64,000 bases of DNA, taken from contig JBFWNL010000001.1 in the NCBI GenBank assembly GCA_050251055.1, forward strand, positions 331,825 to 395,824, given 5' to 3'. The notes under the pieces were generated by a model that was not told where the DNA came from, did no database searches, and was given only the letters and a program-made list of their open reading frames with translations. This stretch comes from Bacteriovoracia bacterium (GTDB lineage Bacteria; Bdellovibrionota; UBA1018; JBFWNL01). A program made the translations under genes and the position numbers. The stretch's first letter is position 1; every line of letters starts with the position of its first letter. Shown piece by piece: positions 19,753-29,206 of this stretch.

Positions 19753-21141
19753 TTACTGAAAGCAAGCCGCGGTTTGAAATGGAAATCCTCCGGGCGATTC
19801 CGCGTTGACATCAAAGCAGCTGCCGGAATTCACGGTCAGGCTGAGCGAGAAATCACCCGTCCCCTCGAAGGTGACGGAACCCGAGTCCACTGCGATCGCA
19901 CCGTTCACGGGCGTGAGGATAGTCCCCGCCGCGGCCGAAATCTGGCGCGCACCGGTTTCGCCAAGCGCGTCTCCGTCGTCGTTGAACACTAACCCGACGC
20001 TTAGGTTCGATAGGACCTGCACCTGGGGTACGCCGCCGGGAATCACGATCTTCGCATCAAAGCCCGGAATACTCAGGGCCGCGGTCGATCCCGCAAACGC
20101 CAGGGTCAAGTCCGCTCCGCGCAAGCCGACTCCCGTAAATGAGATCTCACGCGCCAAATCGTCCAAGCGTATCTCACCCGCGAGGCCGGGCGCGATCCAA
20201 TGCGAAGGATGTCGGACATCGTTGCGATCGTACATCGGAAGCTCGAGCTCAACGCCAAAGACATCCAATGCTGCGGACACCTGTTTCAATGCCCGGTCTA
20301 AACGCACGACCACCATGGCCGGGGCAATCGCTACTTGAATATCCGCGTGATCGTCACCGGCTCCACCCGAAACATGCACCGCCTCCGCGACACCCACGGC
20401 AATGCTGCCTGATTGATCACTCTCCCTGGCTAAACGGAGCCGGACGCGCCCTTCCATAACGGAGGGCAATCCTTCTCCAGGCACGACGCCGGGGTCCGCC
20501 GACGCAATTTGGATGCCCAGCAAGGTTTGGCGTAGATCGGAGAGCGCGACGTCCATCGTAAACTCATTCTCCGCGTACGTGAGTACGAGCGGCGTATATC
20601 CGTCGAACCTTACGCTCAAACTTCCGGCGGTTTCCCCGCGAGGCGTCTGCGCGAGCGTGAAATGACCGACCACGCTTACACACGGTCCGGGATTATTTCC
20701 CGCGAGCTTTGCACAGATCGCCGAAGCATCGGGAGTATAACGAATCTCTCCCGTCGCGGAATCAAGGACGGGATTCGCAAGGAAGAGCCGCAGGAGAGAC
20801 TCCAAATCATCCGCCACTTCATCCAACGACGTCTCACGTGTGCGAAACGCTTGTCCCCTCACCACCCGCGTGTTTTCGTTATCCGCGTTCCCAGAAAAAT
20901 AGTCGCCCACCCCATGGAGAGTCTCGCCGTTAATGATCAGATCGCTCACGCCCCGAAGCAGGACGCTACCCGTGATACCTACGGACTTTTGAATCGCCTC
21001 GGCAGCCGTGCTGAGCTGCTCTTCCGCCGATTTCTTCGCACAGCCCCCAGCCAAGACGGCAAGCACTCCAACCCAAACCATTGCGTTCATTGTATTTTTC
21101 ATCCCCATTCCGTTGCTCCTTCCGGAAGATTCAGATTTCAC
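19753..21141 (-). CDS. Hypothetical beta-rich lipoprotein
   Basis: Lipobox LAGGC, 462-aa ORF; true start may be 10-17 codons downstream. Confidence 0.7.
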   Translation of the reverse strand: MKSESSGRSNGMGMKNTMNAMVWVGVLAVLAGGCAKKSAEEQLSTAAEAIQKSVGITGSVLLRGVSDLIINGETLHGVGDYFSGNADNENTRVVRGQAFRTRETSLDEVADDLESLLRLFLANPVLDSATGEIRYTPDASAICAKLAGNNPGPCVSVVGHFTLAQTPRGETAGSLSVRFDGYTPLVLTYAENEFTMDVALSDLRQTLLGIQIASADPGVVPGEGLPSVMEGRVRLRLARESDQSGSIAVGVAEAVHVSGGAGDDHADIQVAIAPAMVVVRLDRALKQVSAALDVFGVELELPMYDRNDVRHPSHWIAPGLAGEIRLDDLAREISFTGVGLRGADLTLAFAGSTAALSIPGFDAKIVIPGGVPQVQVLSNLSVGLVFNDDGDALGETGARQISAAAGTILTPVNGAIAVDSGSVTFEGTGDFSLSLTVNSGSCFDVNAESPGGFPFQTAACFQ

Positions 21142-21403
21142 TTTTGATGCCGAATTAACTATTTGAATTTAAAGCCTTTATCAGGCACTCGGCTGACCTG
21201 GCCTGGGTACACGGCGACCTCGCGTTGCGATCCTGACCCAGTACGCGTCCTCCCGGTTGTCTGTCTTTTTTTATCAAGTACTCTACCCAGAAGGTTTTTT
21301 GGCGTGGGGCTAGTCAGGCCGGTCGGATTCGTTTAAAAGCTTCCCATTGCGCCCTGCATACATATGGATTCGCGGCTGACGCGACGAAGGAGACGAGATC
21401 GAT

Positions 21404-23050
21404 ATGCGAAATGGAATTTCGAAGTTTTTCATTGGGGTAGCGGCCCTTGCGCTCATTACTGCCTGCACCAAAAAGGAAACCGCGGTTCAAAAAGGAACCC
21501 AGAATCAAGTATTCCACAAGGGTAACGGCACCGAGGTTCAAGAGCTCGATCCGCATATCGTGACGGGCGTGCCCGAGCACAACATTATATCCGCGCTTTT
21601 CGAAGGGCTCGTGGACGAGGATCCCGTCGATCTCCATCCGGTTCCCGGCATGGCGGAGAGCTGGACCATTTCTCCCGATAAAAAAACCTATACGTTCAAG
21701 ATCCGCAAGGGCGCCAAGTGGTCCAACGGCGACGCCTTCACCGCGCACGACTTCGTTTACGGATGGAAGCGTGTGCTCTCGCCCGCGCTCGCCGGCGAGT
21801 ACGCGTACATGCTTTTCTACGTGAAGAACGCGGAAGCCTATAACCAGAAAAAAATCACTGATTTCTCGCAAGTCGGCGTGAAAGCGCTCGACGACCACAC
21901 CTTGCAGGTCGTCCTTCATAGCCCGACGCCGTTCTTTCTCTCGCTTCTGCAACACTACTCGACCTTCCCGGCGCACCAGAAGACGATCGAGAAGTTTGGC
22001 GCCATCGATGCGCGCGGAACGAAGTGGACGCGCCCGGAGAACATGGTCAGCAATGGTCCGTTCACCCTCAAGACGTGGGAACTCAACAAGATCATCACCG
22101 TCGTGAAGAATCCCAACTACTGGGACGCCGCGGTGGTGAAGCTCAACGAGATCAACTTCTATCCGACCGAGCAGATCCAGACCGAAGAGCGCATGTTCCG
22201 CTCCGGCGATCTGCACGTCACCGAGCAGGTGCCGCTCAACAAGATCGAGGTCTACAAGAAGGATGAGCCGAACCTCATCCGCATCGATCCTTACCTCGGC
22301 ACTTACTATTACCGTTTCAACGTGACCAAGGCGCCGTTCGACAACGAAAAGGTGCGTCGCGCGTTCTCGATGTCGATTGACCGCAAGCTCATCGTGGAGA
22401 GGGTAACCAAGGGCGGCCAGATGCCGGCGAACGCTTTTGTTCCCCCGAACACCGCGGGCTATACTTCGCGGGCCCGGGTGCCGGACGACATCGAAGCGGC
22501 GAAAAAGCTCATGGCCGAAGCAGGCTACGCCGACGGCAAGAACTTCCCCAAGGCGGAAATCGTGTACAACACCAGCGAATCCCACAAGATTATCGCCGAG
22601 GCATTGCAGCAGATGTGGAAGAAAAACCTAGGCGTCGACGTACAACTCACCAACCAGGACTGGAAGGTGTACCTGAACTCGCAGAAGACGCTCGCCTATA
22701 ACCTTTCGCGCGCGGGCTGGATCGGCGACTACCCGGATCCGAATACGTTCATGGACATGTTCGTCACCAATGGTGGCAACAACCAGACCGGTTGGTCCAG
22801 CAAACAGTACGACGATTACATCCGGCAGGCCGGCCTGACGGACGACCAGGCCAAGCGCTACGAGATCTTCCAGAAGGCCGAGGAGCTCTTGATGAAGGAA
22901 TCCCCCATCCTCCCGATCTACACGTACACCAGCGTGTACTTGCTCTCTCCGGACGTGAAGGGCTGGAATCCTACGATCGTCAACCACCACCCGTGGAAAC
23001 ACGTGTACTTGGAAGCTTCGGAAAAAAACACGAAGCTCTCTAGCAACTAA
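21404..23050 (+). CDS. oppA: Oligopeptide ABC substrate-binding lipoprotein
   Basis: LITAC lipobox, LFEGLV, AKWSNGD..TAHDFVYGW, SNGPF, RAGWIGDYPDP. Confidence 0.95.
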   Translation: MRNGISKFFIGVAALALITACTKKETAVQKGTQNQVFHKGNGTEVQELDPHIVTGVPEHNIISALFEGLVDEDPVDLHPVPGMAESWTISPDKKTYTFKIRKGAKWSNGDAFTAHDFVYGWKRVLSPALAGEYAYMLFYVKNAEAYNQKKITDFSQVGVKALDDHTLQVVLHSPTPFFLSLLQHYSTFPAHQKTIEKFGAIDARGTKWTRPENMVSNGPFTLKTWELNKIITVVKNPNYWDAAVVKLNEINFYPTEQIQTEERMFRSGDLHVTEQVPLNKIEVYKKDEPNLIRIDPYLGTYYYRFNVTKAPFDNEKVRRAFSMSIDRKLIVERVTKGGQMPANAFVPPNTAGYTSRARVPDDIEAAKKLMAEAGYADGKNFPKAEIVYNTSESHKIIAEALQQMWKKNLGVDVQLTNQDWKVYLNSQKTLAYNLSRAGWIGDYPDPNTFMDMFVTNGGNNQTGWSSKQYDDYIRQAGLTDDQAKRYEIFQKAEELLMKESPILPIYTYTSVYLLSPDVKGWNPTIVNHHPWKHVYLEASEKNTKLSSN

Positions 23051-23079
23051 GCCGGGCCAGAAGTTGAGAGTGGGGGCCC

Positions 23080-24012
23080 ATGCTTAAGTACGCCATCAAA
23101 AAACTCCTGGAAGTCATCCCGGTGCTGTTCGCGGTAGCGACGATGACCTTCTTCATGTGCCGGTTCGCGCCGGGGGGGCCTTTTGATACGGACAAGCGCG
23201 TGCCCGACGAAATCCTCAAAAACCTAAACGAGAAATACCACCTGAACGATCCGCTCTATAAGCAGTACTTCGACTACATGACGGGACTGCTGCACGGCGA
23301 TTTTGGCCCCTCGTTCAAGTACCCCGGCAAGAGCGTGAGCGAGATTATCCTTACGGGATTGCCGGTGACGGCGGAGCTGGGCTTTTACGCCTTGATCGTC
23401 GCGTTGGTCATCGGATTAGCGGCGGGGGTAAACGCCGCGATCAAACCCAACTCGCTTAGGGATTACGCCCCAATGTCAGCGGCAATGATCGGCATCTGCA
23501 TGCCGGCGTTCTTGCTGGGCCCCACGCTCGTGCTTTTCTTTTCCATCTATCTCGGCTGGCTACCCGTCTCCGGCTGGGATTCGTTCGCGCATAAGATCCT
23601 ACCCTCGATCACGCTGGGCACGGCGTACGCGGCGTATATCGCCCGCCTGAGCCGCAGCGGCATGTTGGAAATCCTCTCGCAGGACTTTATTCGCACCGCC
23701 CGCGCCAAGGGCGTCTCGGAAGCAGTGGTGATCATCCGTCATGCTTTGCGCGGCGGCCTCACCCCCGTCGTTTCATTCCTGGGTCCCGCCATCACCGGAC
23801 TACTCTCCGGCTCGTTCGTCGTGGAAACCGTCTTCCAGATCCCGGGCCTGGGGCGCTTCTTCGTGCAAGGCGCGTTCAATCGCGACTATACGATGATCAT
23901 GGGCACGACTATCTTTCTCGCGGGCTTGATCCTGATCATGAACGCGGTCTCCGATGCCATGCTCGTCTGGATGAATCCCCGCCTGAGCTTCGGCGGCAAG
24001 GGGGGCAAGTGA
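23080..24012 (+). CDS. oppB: Oligopeptide ABC permease
   Basis: APGGPFD, GDFGPSF, DFIRTARAKG, ETVFQIPGLG, RDY. Confidence 0.95.
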   Translation: MLKYAIKKLLEVIPVLFAVATMTFFMCRFAPGGPFDTDKRVPDEILKNLNEKYHLNDPLYKQYFDYMTGLLHGDFGPSFKYPGKSVSEIILTGLPVTAELGFYALIVALVIGLAAGVNAAIKPNSLRDYAPMSAAMIGICMPAFLLGPTLVLFFSIYLGWLPVSGWDSFAHKILPSITLGTAYAAYIARLSRSGMLEILSQDFIRTARAKGVSEAVVIIRHALRGGLTPVVSFLGPAITGLLSGSFVVETVFQIPGLGRFFVQGAFNRDYTMIMGTTIFLAGLILIMNAVSDAMLVWMNPRLSFGGKGGK

Positions 24013-24929
24013 TTTCCACGAAGAGCGTAAGCCCCCTTACTAGCGAGCAAGTTCTAGCCGGTCCACCCAATGACGTGGAACAAGGGACCTCCCTTTGGGC
24101 GGACGCTTGGTTGCGGTTACGCAAGAACAAGCTCGCGGTCTTCGGGGCAGGCGTCATCATTTTCATGACCGCGATCGCGATCCTCACCCCGTGGATTGCT
24201 CCCTACGCTTACGACGCCCAGGATTTGCAGCTCGGCTACGCCGCCCCCAGCTGGGAGCACTGGATGGGAACCGACTCCCTCGGACGCGACTTGCTCACGC
24301 GCATCATGTACGGCGGGCGCATCTCGCTGATGGTTGGCTTCCTTGCGACTTTTGTATCGCTCGTGATCGGAGTGCTCTGGGGCACGATCGCGGGCTACCT
24401 GGGTGGACGCGTGGACGCATTGATGATGCGAATCGTGGATACGCTCTACGCCCTCCCTTTCATCATTTTCGTGATTCTGCTGATGGTATTCTTCGGCCGT
24501 AACCTAATCCTGCTCTTCATGGCGATTGGCGCGGTCGAGTGGCTCACCATGGCTCGTATCGTCCGTGGACAGGTTCTGTCGTTACGCCGTCAGGAATTCA
24601 TCGAGGCCACCGTCGCCATGGGCATCCCCCAGCGGCAGATCATCCTCAAGCACTTGATCCCGAACGCGCTCGGCCCCATCATCGTCTACACGACGCTGAC
24701 CATCCCAAGCGTGATGTTGCTCGAAGCGTTCCTGAGCTTCTTGGGCTTGGGTGTGCAGCCGCCCATGAGCTCCTGGGGTTTATTGGTCGCCGACGGAGCG
24801 GCTTTGATGGAAGAGGCCCCTTGGCTGCTCGTCTTCCCAGGCTCGGTACTTGCCGTAACCCTTTTCTCGTTGAACTTCCTGGGCGACGGATTGCGTGACG
24901 CCCTCGACCCAAAGGCGTCGAAGGATTGA
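24009..24929 (+). CDS. oppC: Oligopeptide ABC permease
   Basis: HWMGTDSLGRD, GGRISL, EAFLSFLGLG, GDGLRDALDP. Confidence 0.95.
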   Translation: MISTKSVSPLTSEQVLAGPPNDVEQGTSLWADAWLRLRKNKLAVFGAGVIIFMTAIAILTPWIAPYAYDAQDLQLGYAAPSWEHWMGTDSLGRDLLTRIMYGGRISLMVGFLATFVSLVIGVLWGTIAGYLGGRVDALMMRIVDTLYALPFIIFVILLMVFFGRNLILLFMAIGAVEWLTMARIVRGQVLSLRRQEFIEATVAMGIPQRQIILKHLIPNALGPIIVYTTLTIPSVMLLEAFLSFLGLGVQPPMSSWGLLVADGAALMEEAPWLLVFPGSVLAVTLFSLNFLGDGLRDALDPKASKD

Positions 24930-24942
24930 TGGGAGCGACGCG

Positions 24943-25920
24943 ATGGCACTTTTAAGCGTTCAAGACTTGCGTACATATTTTCATACCCGCAACGGGGTCG
25001 TGAAGGCCGTGGACGGCATTTCCTTCGACCTGGAAAGGGGCGAAACGCTTGGCATCGTGGGCGAGAGCGGCTCCGGCAAATCAGTTTCGAATTACTCGAT
25101 CTTGAGCCTGATCCCCATGCCGCCTGGCCGCATCGAATCGGGTTCGGCCGTGTTCGACGGAGTCGACTTACTGAAATGTTCGAAGGATCAGCTCCGCAAG
25201 ATCCGCGGCAACCGAATTTCCATGATTTTCCAGGATCCCATGACCTGCCTAAATCCCTACCTCAAAGTAGGCTTTCAGATCATGGAGCCCCTACTCCTGC
25301 ATAAGCAGATGAACAAATTCGATGCCAGCAAGAAGGTGGTCGAAGCGCTCCGCCAAGTTGGGATCCGGGATCCCGAGGCACGCATGAATCAATACCCGCA
25401 CCAGTTCTCGGGCGGGATGCGGCAGCGCGTGATGATTGCCATGGCCCTCATCACCGAACCCGAGCTTCTAATCGCCGACGAACCGACGACCGCGTTGGAT
25501 GTGACCGTCCAAGCGCAAATCCTCGACCTGATCCGCAAGCTCCAGCGCGAAAAGGGCACCGCCGTCATCTTCATCACCCACGACTTAGGCGTAATCGCGA
25601 GCATGGCCAAGCGGGTCCTGGTCATGTACGCCGGCCGGGTGGCCGAAGCCGGAACGACGATGGATATCTTTAAGCGCCCTAAACACCCCTATACCAAGGC
25701 TCTCATGGCCTCAATTCCCGCGACCCATGCGCGCGGCGAAGAACTTTATACTATTCCGGGCATGCCGCCGGACGTATCGAAGAAAATTAATGGCTGCGCT
25801 TTCGCCCCCCGCTGTTCGTTCGCGCTCGCGACCTGCCGGGAGCGCGACCCCCGCGCGCTCGAGGTTGAAACCGCGCATCTTTCGGCCTGCTTACGTGTCC
25901 AGGAAGGAGCGGTGCTATGA
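24943..25920 (+). CDS. oppD: Oligopeptide ABC ATP-binding protein
   Basis: [29 protein letters not shown]-terminal Cys motif. Confidence 0.95.
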   Translation: MALLSVQDLRTYFHTRNGVVKAVDGISFDLERGETLGIVGESGSGKSVSNYSILSLIPMPPGRIESGSAVFDGVDLLKCSKDQLRKIRGNRISMIFQDPMTCLNPYLKVGFQIMEPLLLHKQMNKFDASKKVVEALRQVGIRDPEARMNQYPHQFSGGMRQRVMIAMALITEPELLIADEPTTALDVTVQAQILDLIRKLQREKGTAVIFITHDLGVIASMAKRVLVMYAGRVAEAGTTMDIFKRPKHPYTKALMASIPATHARGEELYTIPGMPPDVSKKINGCAFAPRCSFALATCRERDPRALEVETAHLSACLRVQEGAVL

Positions 25921-26939
25921 GTATCCCTACGGACGGCACGGCCAATCCCAACTTCTTGCAGCTCAAAGACGTCAAGACCTACTTCCCGATTACCTCCGGA
26001 TTATTCGTCCAGAAAGTCCGCGCAACGGTCAGGGCCGTCGACGGGGTCAATTTGACCGTCGCCAAGGGTGAGGTTCTGGGTTTGGTCGGGGAAAGCGGCT
26101 GCGGTAAATCCACCCTGGGCCGCACGATCATGCAGCTCATCCCCCCAACTGCGGGCAACGTGGAACTGGCGGGCGTTACCCTGAACACCTTGCCGCCGGA
26201 GCGACTCCGCACCGAACGGCCGCGCTTCCAGATGATCTTCCAGGACCCCTACTCGTCGCTCAACCCGCGCATGACGGTTTTCGACATCCTGGCCGAACCG
26301 CTGCTTTACCACCGCCGCGCTACCTCGGCTAACATCGCCGAAAAGGTTTCCACGCTCATGACGGAAGTGGGCCTGGCCCCACGCTTCATGAAGAAATACC
26401 CGCACGAGTTTTCGGGCGGCCAGCGTCAACGCATCGCTATCGCGCGGGCATTGGCTTTGGAACCTGAAGTAATCGTTGCCGACGAACCTGTCTCCGCTCT
26501 TGATGTCTCGATTCAATCGCAAATCCTGAACCTGCTCGTGCAGCTGACGCGCAAGCGCAACCTCACGATGATTTTTATTTCCCACGACCTATCGGTGATT
26601 AAGCATATCTCCGACCGTGTGGCCGTAATGTACCTGGGCAAGATCGTGGAGCTTGGGCGCACCGAAGAGATCTTTGCGGCCCCCAAACACCCGTACACCC
26701 AGGCCCTGCTCTCGGCGATCTCGCTGCCGGACCCGGAGGCAGAATCCAAGCGTAAGCGGATTCTCTTAGAAGGCGACCCGCCGTCGCCGATCAACCCACC
26801 TTCAGGGTGCGCCTTCCATCCCCGCTGCCCGCACGCGCGCGATTTCTGCGCGAAGCAGACGCCGAAGCTTGAAAACTTCCCGGCGCCCACGCACCACGAA
26901 GTGTCGTGCCTGCGCGCGCACGAAATCAATCCAGCCTAA
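25917..26939 (+). CDS. oppF: Oligopeptide ABC ATP-binding protein
   Basis: GESGCGKS, YPHEFSGGQRQR, PSPINPPSGCAFHPRC. Confidence 0.95.
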   Translation: MSIPTDGTANPNFLQLKDVKTYFPITSGLFVQKVRATVRAVDGVNLTVAKGEVLGLVGESGCGKSTLGRTIMQLIPPTAGNVELAGVTLNTLPPERLRTERPRFQMIFQDPYSSLNPRMTVFDILAEPLLYHRRATSANIAEKVSTLMTEVGLAPRFMKKYPHEFSGGQRQRIAIARALALEPEVIVADEPVSALDVSIQSQILNLLVQLTRKRNLTMIFISHDLSVIKHISDRVAVMYLGKIVELGRTEEIFAAPKHPYTQALLSAISLPDPEAESKRKRILLEGDPPSPINPPSGCAFHPRCPHARDFCAKQTPKLENFPAPTHHEVSCLRAHEINPA

Positions 26940-26953
26940 TAACTCTCCGCTCA

Positions 26954-27013
26954 GACGGGGGACGCCCATCCGTGGGCTCAATTGTTCAGCGCCCTCGTGG
27001 CCCGTGGATGCCC
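26954..27013 (-). repeat. Dispersed GGA-hairpin element, copy C (core only, arms degenerate)
   Basis: Reverse complement gggcatccacgggccacgagggcgctgaacaattgagcccacggatgggcgtcccccgtc aligns with the cores at ~27325 and ~54714. Confidence 0.7.
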
Positions 27014-27093
27014 AAATAAGTCCGCTTTTAGAAAGGACGATAGCCCTATGTTTGGCTACGGTTTTTATGACTTCAGAGTCGTGCGCGACGTGA

Positions 27094-27238
27094 GCAATTG
27101 TGCAGATGGTTAGTGGAATGGGGTTTCCCAAGGCCACAAATATTTTGCTGCACTTGTGGCCGGCGTATAAGACGGCACTAGCCACTGAAAGCGAGATTAG
27201 AGAGACCGCTGAAAAGCGGTTTCTCTAATCTCAATTGC
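27094..27238 (+). ncRNA. Candidate multi-stem structured RNA of unknown family
   Basis: Nested stems, an 18-bp hairpin with a GAAA tetraloop and a possible pseudoknot; G-U pairs work only on the + strand. Confidence 0.5.
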
Positions 27239-27290
27239 AAGCCGAACCTGGACAGCATATCCGTCCACGCTTCACATAAATCTGGGTATG

Positions 27291-27413
27291 CAGGATTCCC
27301 TGCTTTAAAAACTCGGACCGGCGGGGGTGTCCGCGGGCCAGGACGGCGCTGAGCGGTCAAGCGCATGGAAGCGCGTCCCCCGTCGGTCCGAGTTTTTAAA
27401 GGAGGGAATCCTG
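27291..27413 (+). repeat. Dispersed GGA-hairpin element, copy A (37-bp inverted arms)
   Basis: caggattccctgctttaaaaactcggaccggcggggg pairs with cccccgtcggtccgagtttttaaaggagggaatcctg around gcc-AGGAC-ggc and gcgc-ATGGAA-gcgc. Confidence 0.85.
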
Positions 27414-27424
27414 TCCAGCTAGAT

Positions 27425-29206
27425 TCACGCGGGAAAGCGGCAGATAAAGACGCTCCCCTGACCGGGAGTGCTCTCGACGGAGATGCTCCCACCGTGCCGT
27501 TGCATGATATGCTTGACGATCGCGAGCCCCAGCCCCGTGCCTCCCATCTCGCGCGAGCGGGCCTTGTCGATGCGGTAAAACCGCTCGAACAGGCGCCCTT
27601 GGTGCTCGGCCGGGATGCCGGGTCCGGTGTCGGACACCTTTAGAACCACGTCGCCCCGGATGCCCTCTTCCCAGCTCACGGAAATTTTTCCGCCACGTGG
27701 GGTATACTTCTTGGCGTTATCCAGGAGATTCACCAGCACCTGCTCCAAGCGACCGGGATCGGCATGCACCGTGGCCACGGGAATGTTTACATGCACCTGC
27801 TGGGCTTTCTCGCTAAAGCCCCCGCGAAGTTGCTCTAACACCCGGGAGGTTACCTGCTCCGTACTGACTTCGGCGCGATTCAGCGCTTCCGAAGACTCTA
27901 ACGAGGAAAGGTCGAGCAAATCGTTAATTAATGTCATGAGGCGGGCAGAATTTCGCGCCACGGCCTTCAGGTGATCGGGATCCAACGGCCGCCCGTCGGC
28001 CAGATCCTGGTTCAAGGTGTCCGTATATCCTTTGATCGCCGTCAGCGGGGTGCGCAGCTCATGGGAAACGTTAGCCACGAAGTCGATACGCATCTGCTCG
28101 GCGCGCTTGAGTTCGGTCACGTCGTGGAAGACCCCGACGGCGCCGTATACCTCACCACGGGAGCGGCGGAGCGGGGAAATCGCCACCGAGAAATAAAGCG
28201 GGTCATCCCCGCGGGGGCCCCGATTAAAGAACATCGCTTGGATAATCTGCGGCTGCCCCAGCCGCAGCGCCGAACGGAACGCGTCCAGCACCGCGGGCTC
28301 GCGAAAAGTCTCCCAGATCCGCTTTCCTTCCGTGAGCCCGTTTTCAGCCAAGATCGCCATGCGGCTGTTATAGAAAAGCGGGTTGCCTTCGAGGTCGATG
28401 GCCAAAATCGCGTCCGAAATAGCGCTCATGAGGGTCGCTTGCTGCTCGCGCTCCAGACTCAAGGCCTCCACCTTGGTCTGCAGATCCTTGCGAATACTGT
28501 CGATGGAGGTCTCGAGATCCGCCCACTCCCCATAAACGTCCCGCCGGAACTCCCGTTCGACGCCTTCCGACGCCAAGCTAGGATCGGCTTTCAATATGCT
28601 TTGGACCTGGCTGAAAACGTTATTCAGCGGCAACACCCAGGCCCGTCCCGTCCAAATAGCAAAGCCAAACAACGCCAGCGCAACGGCGATCAGGAAAAAG
28701 AAAAGTGAGGTGTCGTATACCCGCAAGGTGGCATCCAGCCTCGTCAACGGCGCGGCGACGCGCAAGACGGAAAGCTCATTACGCGCCTGCCGTTGGGCGC
28801 TGTACATCATGGGAAGGCCCAGCGTCTGGCTCTCGCGTACGTCCTGTCCGTAGCCATCCGTGAGCGCAGCTTGCACCTCGGGACGAGTCCCGTGATTCTG
28901 CATCTGTTCCGCTTTCTCGTGAGAATCACAATATACGCGCCCGTCCACGCCGATAACCGTGACACGCAAACCGGTGCCCTGGGTGACCGTCGTGCACCAC
29001 TCCAACGGCAGTGGCCAAGGCATCTGGTTGGCCACTCCCTGCAAGGTATCTTTGAGTTGGCTCTGAAACTGAATCGTGAACTGTTTCTTAAAGAAATAAT
29101 GCGCCGCCAGCCCTGACGCTCCCAAAGCCAGGAGCACCATGAAGGTCTGGGTCAAAACGACGCGGGAAAAGACCCGCCAGGAGAGCAGGGAGACCGTGGA
29201 TTTCAT
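27425..29206 (-). CDS. phoR: Phosphate regulon sensor kinase
   Basis: Two TM segments, PAS, DFVANVSHELRTPLT, FERFYRIDKARSREMGGTGLGL; in the pst operon. Confidence 0.92.
   Translation of the reverse strand: MKSTVSLLSWRVFSRVVLTQTFMVLLALGASGLAAHYFFKKQFTIQFQSQLKDTLQGVANQMPWPLPLEWCTTVTQGTGLRVTVIGVDGRVYCDSHEKAEQMQNHGTRPEVQAALTDGYGQDVRESQTLGLPMMYSAQRQARNELSVLRVAAPLTRLDATLRVYDTSLFFFLIAVALALFGFAIWTGRAWVLPLNNVFSQVQSILKADPSLASEGVEREFRRDVYGEWADLETSIDSIRKDLQTKVEALSLEREQQATLMSAISDAILAIDLEGNPLFYNSRMAILAENGLTEGKRIWETFREPAVLDAFRSALRLGQPQIIQAMFFNRGPRGDDPLYFSVAISPLRRSRGEVYGAVGVFHDVTELKRAEQMRIDFVANVSHELRTPLTAIKGYTDTLNQDLADGRPLDPDHLKAVARNSARLMTLINDLLDLSSLESSEALNRAEVSTEQVTSRVLEQLRGGFSEKAQQVHVNIPVATVHADPGRLEQVLVNLLDNAKKYTPRGGKISVSWEEGIRGDVVLKVSDTGPGIPAEHQGRLFERFYRIDKARSREMGGTGLGLAIVKHIMQRHGGSISVESTPGQGSVFICRFPA

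Noticed and set aside
21314-22585. 423-aa ORF antisense to oppA (likewise 35010-35876, 44377-45468, 49008-50075, 50106-50915, 63398-63973)
   Set aside because: Shadow ORFs opposite well-supported genes, expected from GC-rich codon bias; no motifs
27094-27238. Retron msr-msd, hammerhead/pistol ribozyme or c-di-GMP riboswitch identity for the structured region
   Set aside because: Closing repeat only 7 bp and no reverse transcriptase in the window; conserved core sequences of those RNAs not found by eye; left unassigned
26802-27492. Short ORFs across the oppF-phoR intergenic region
   Set aside because: No RBS or protein-like features; better explained by repeats and RNA structure
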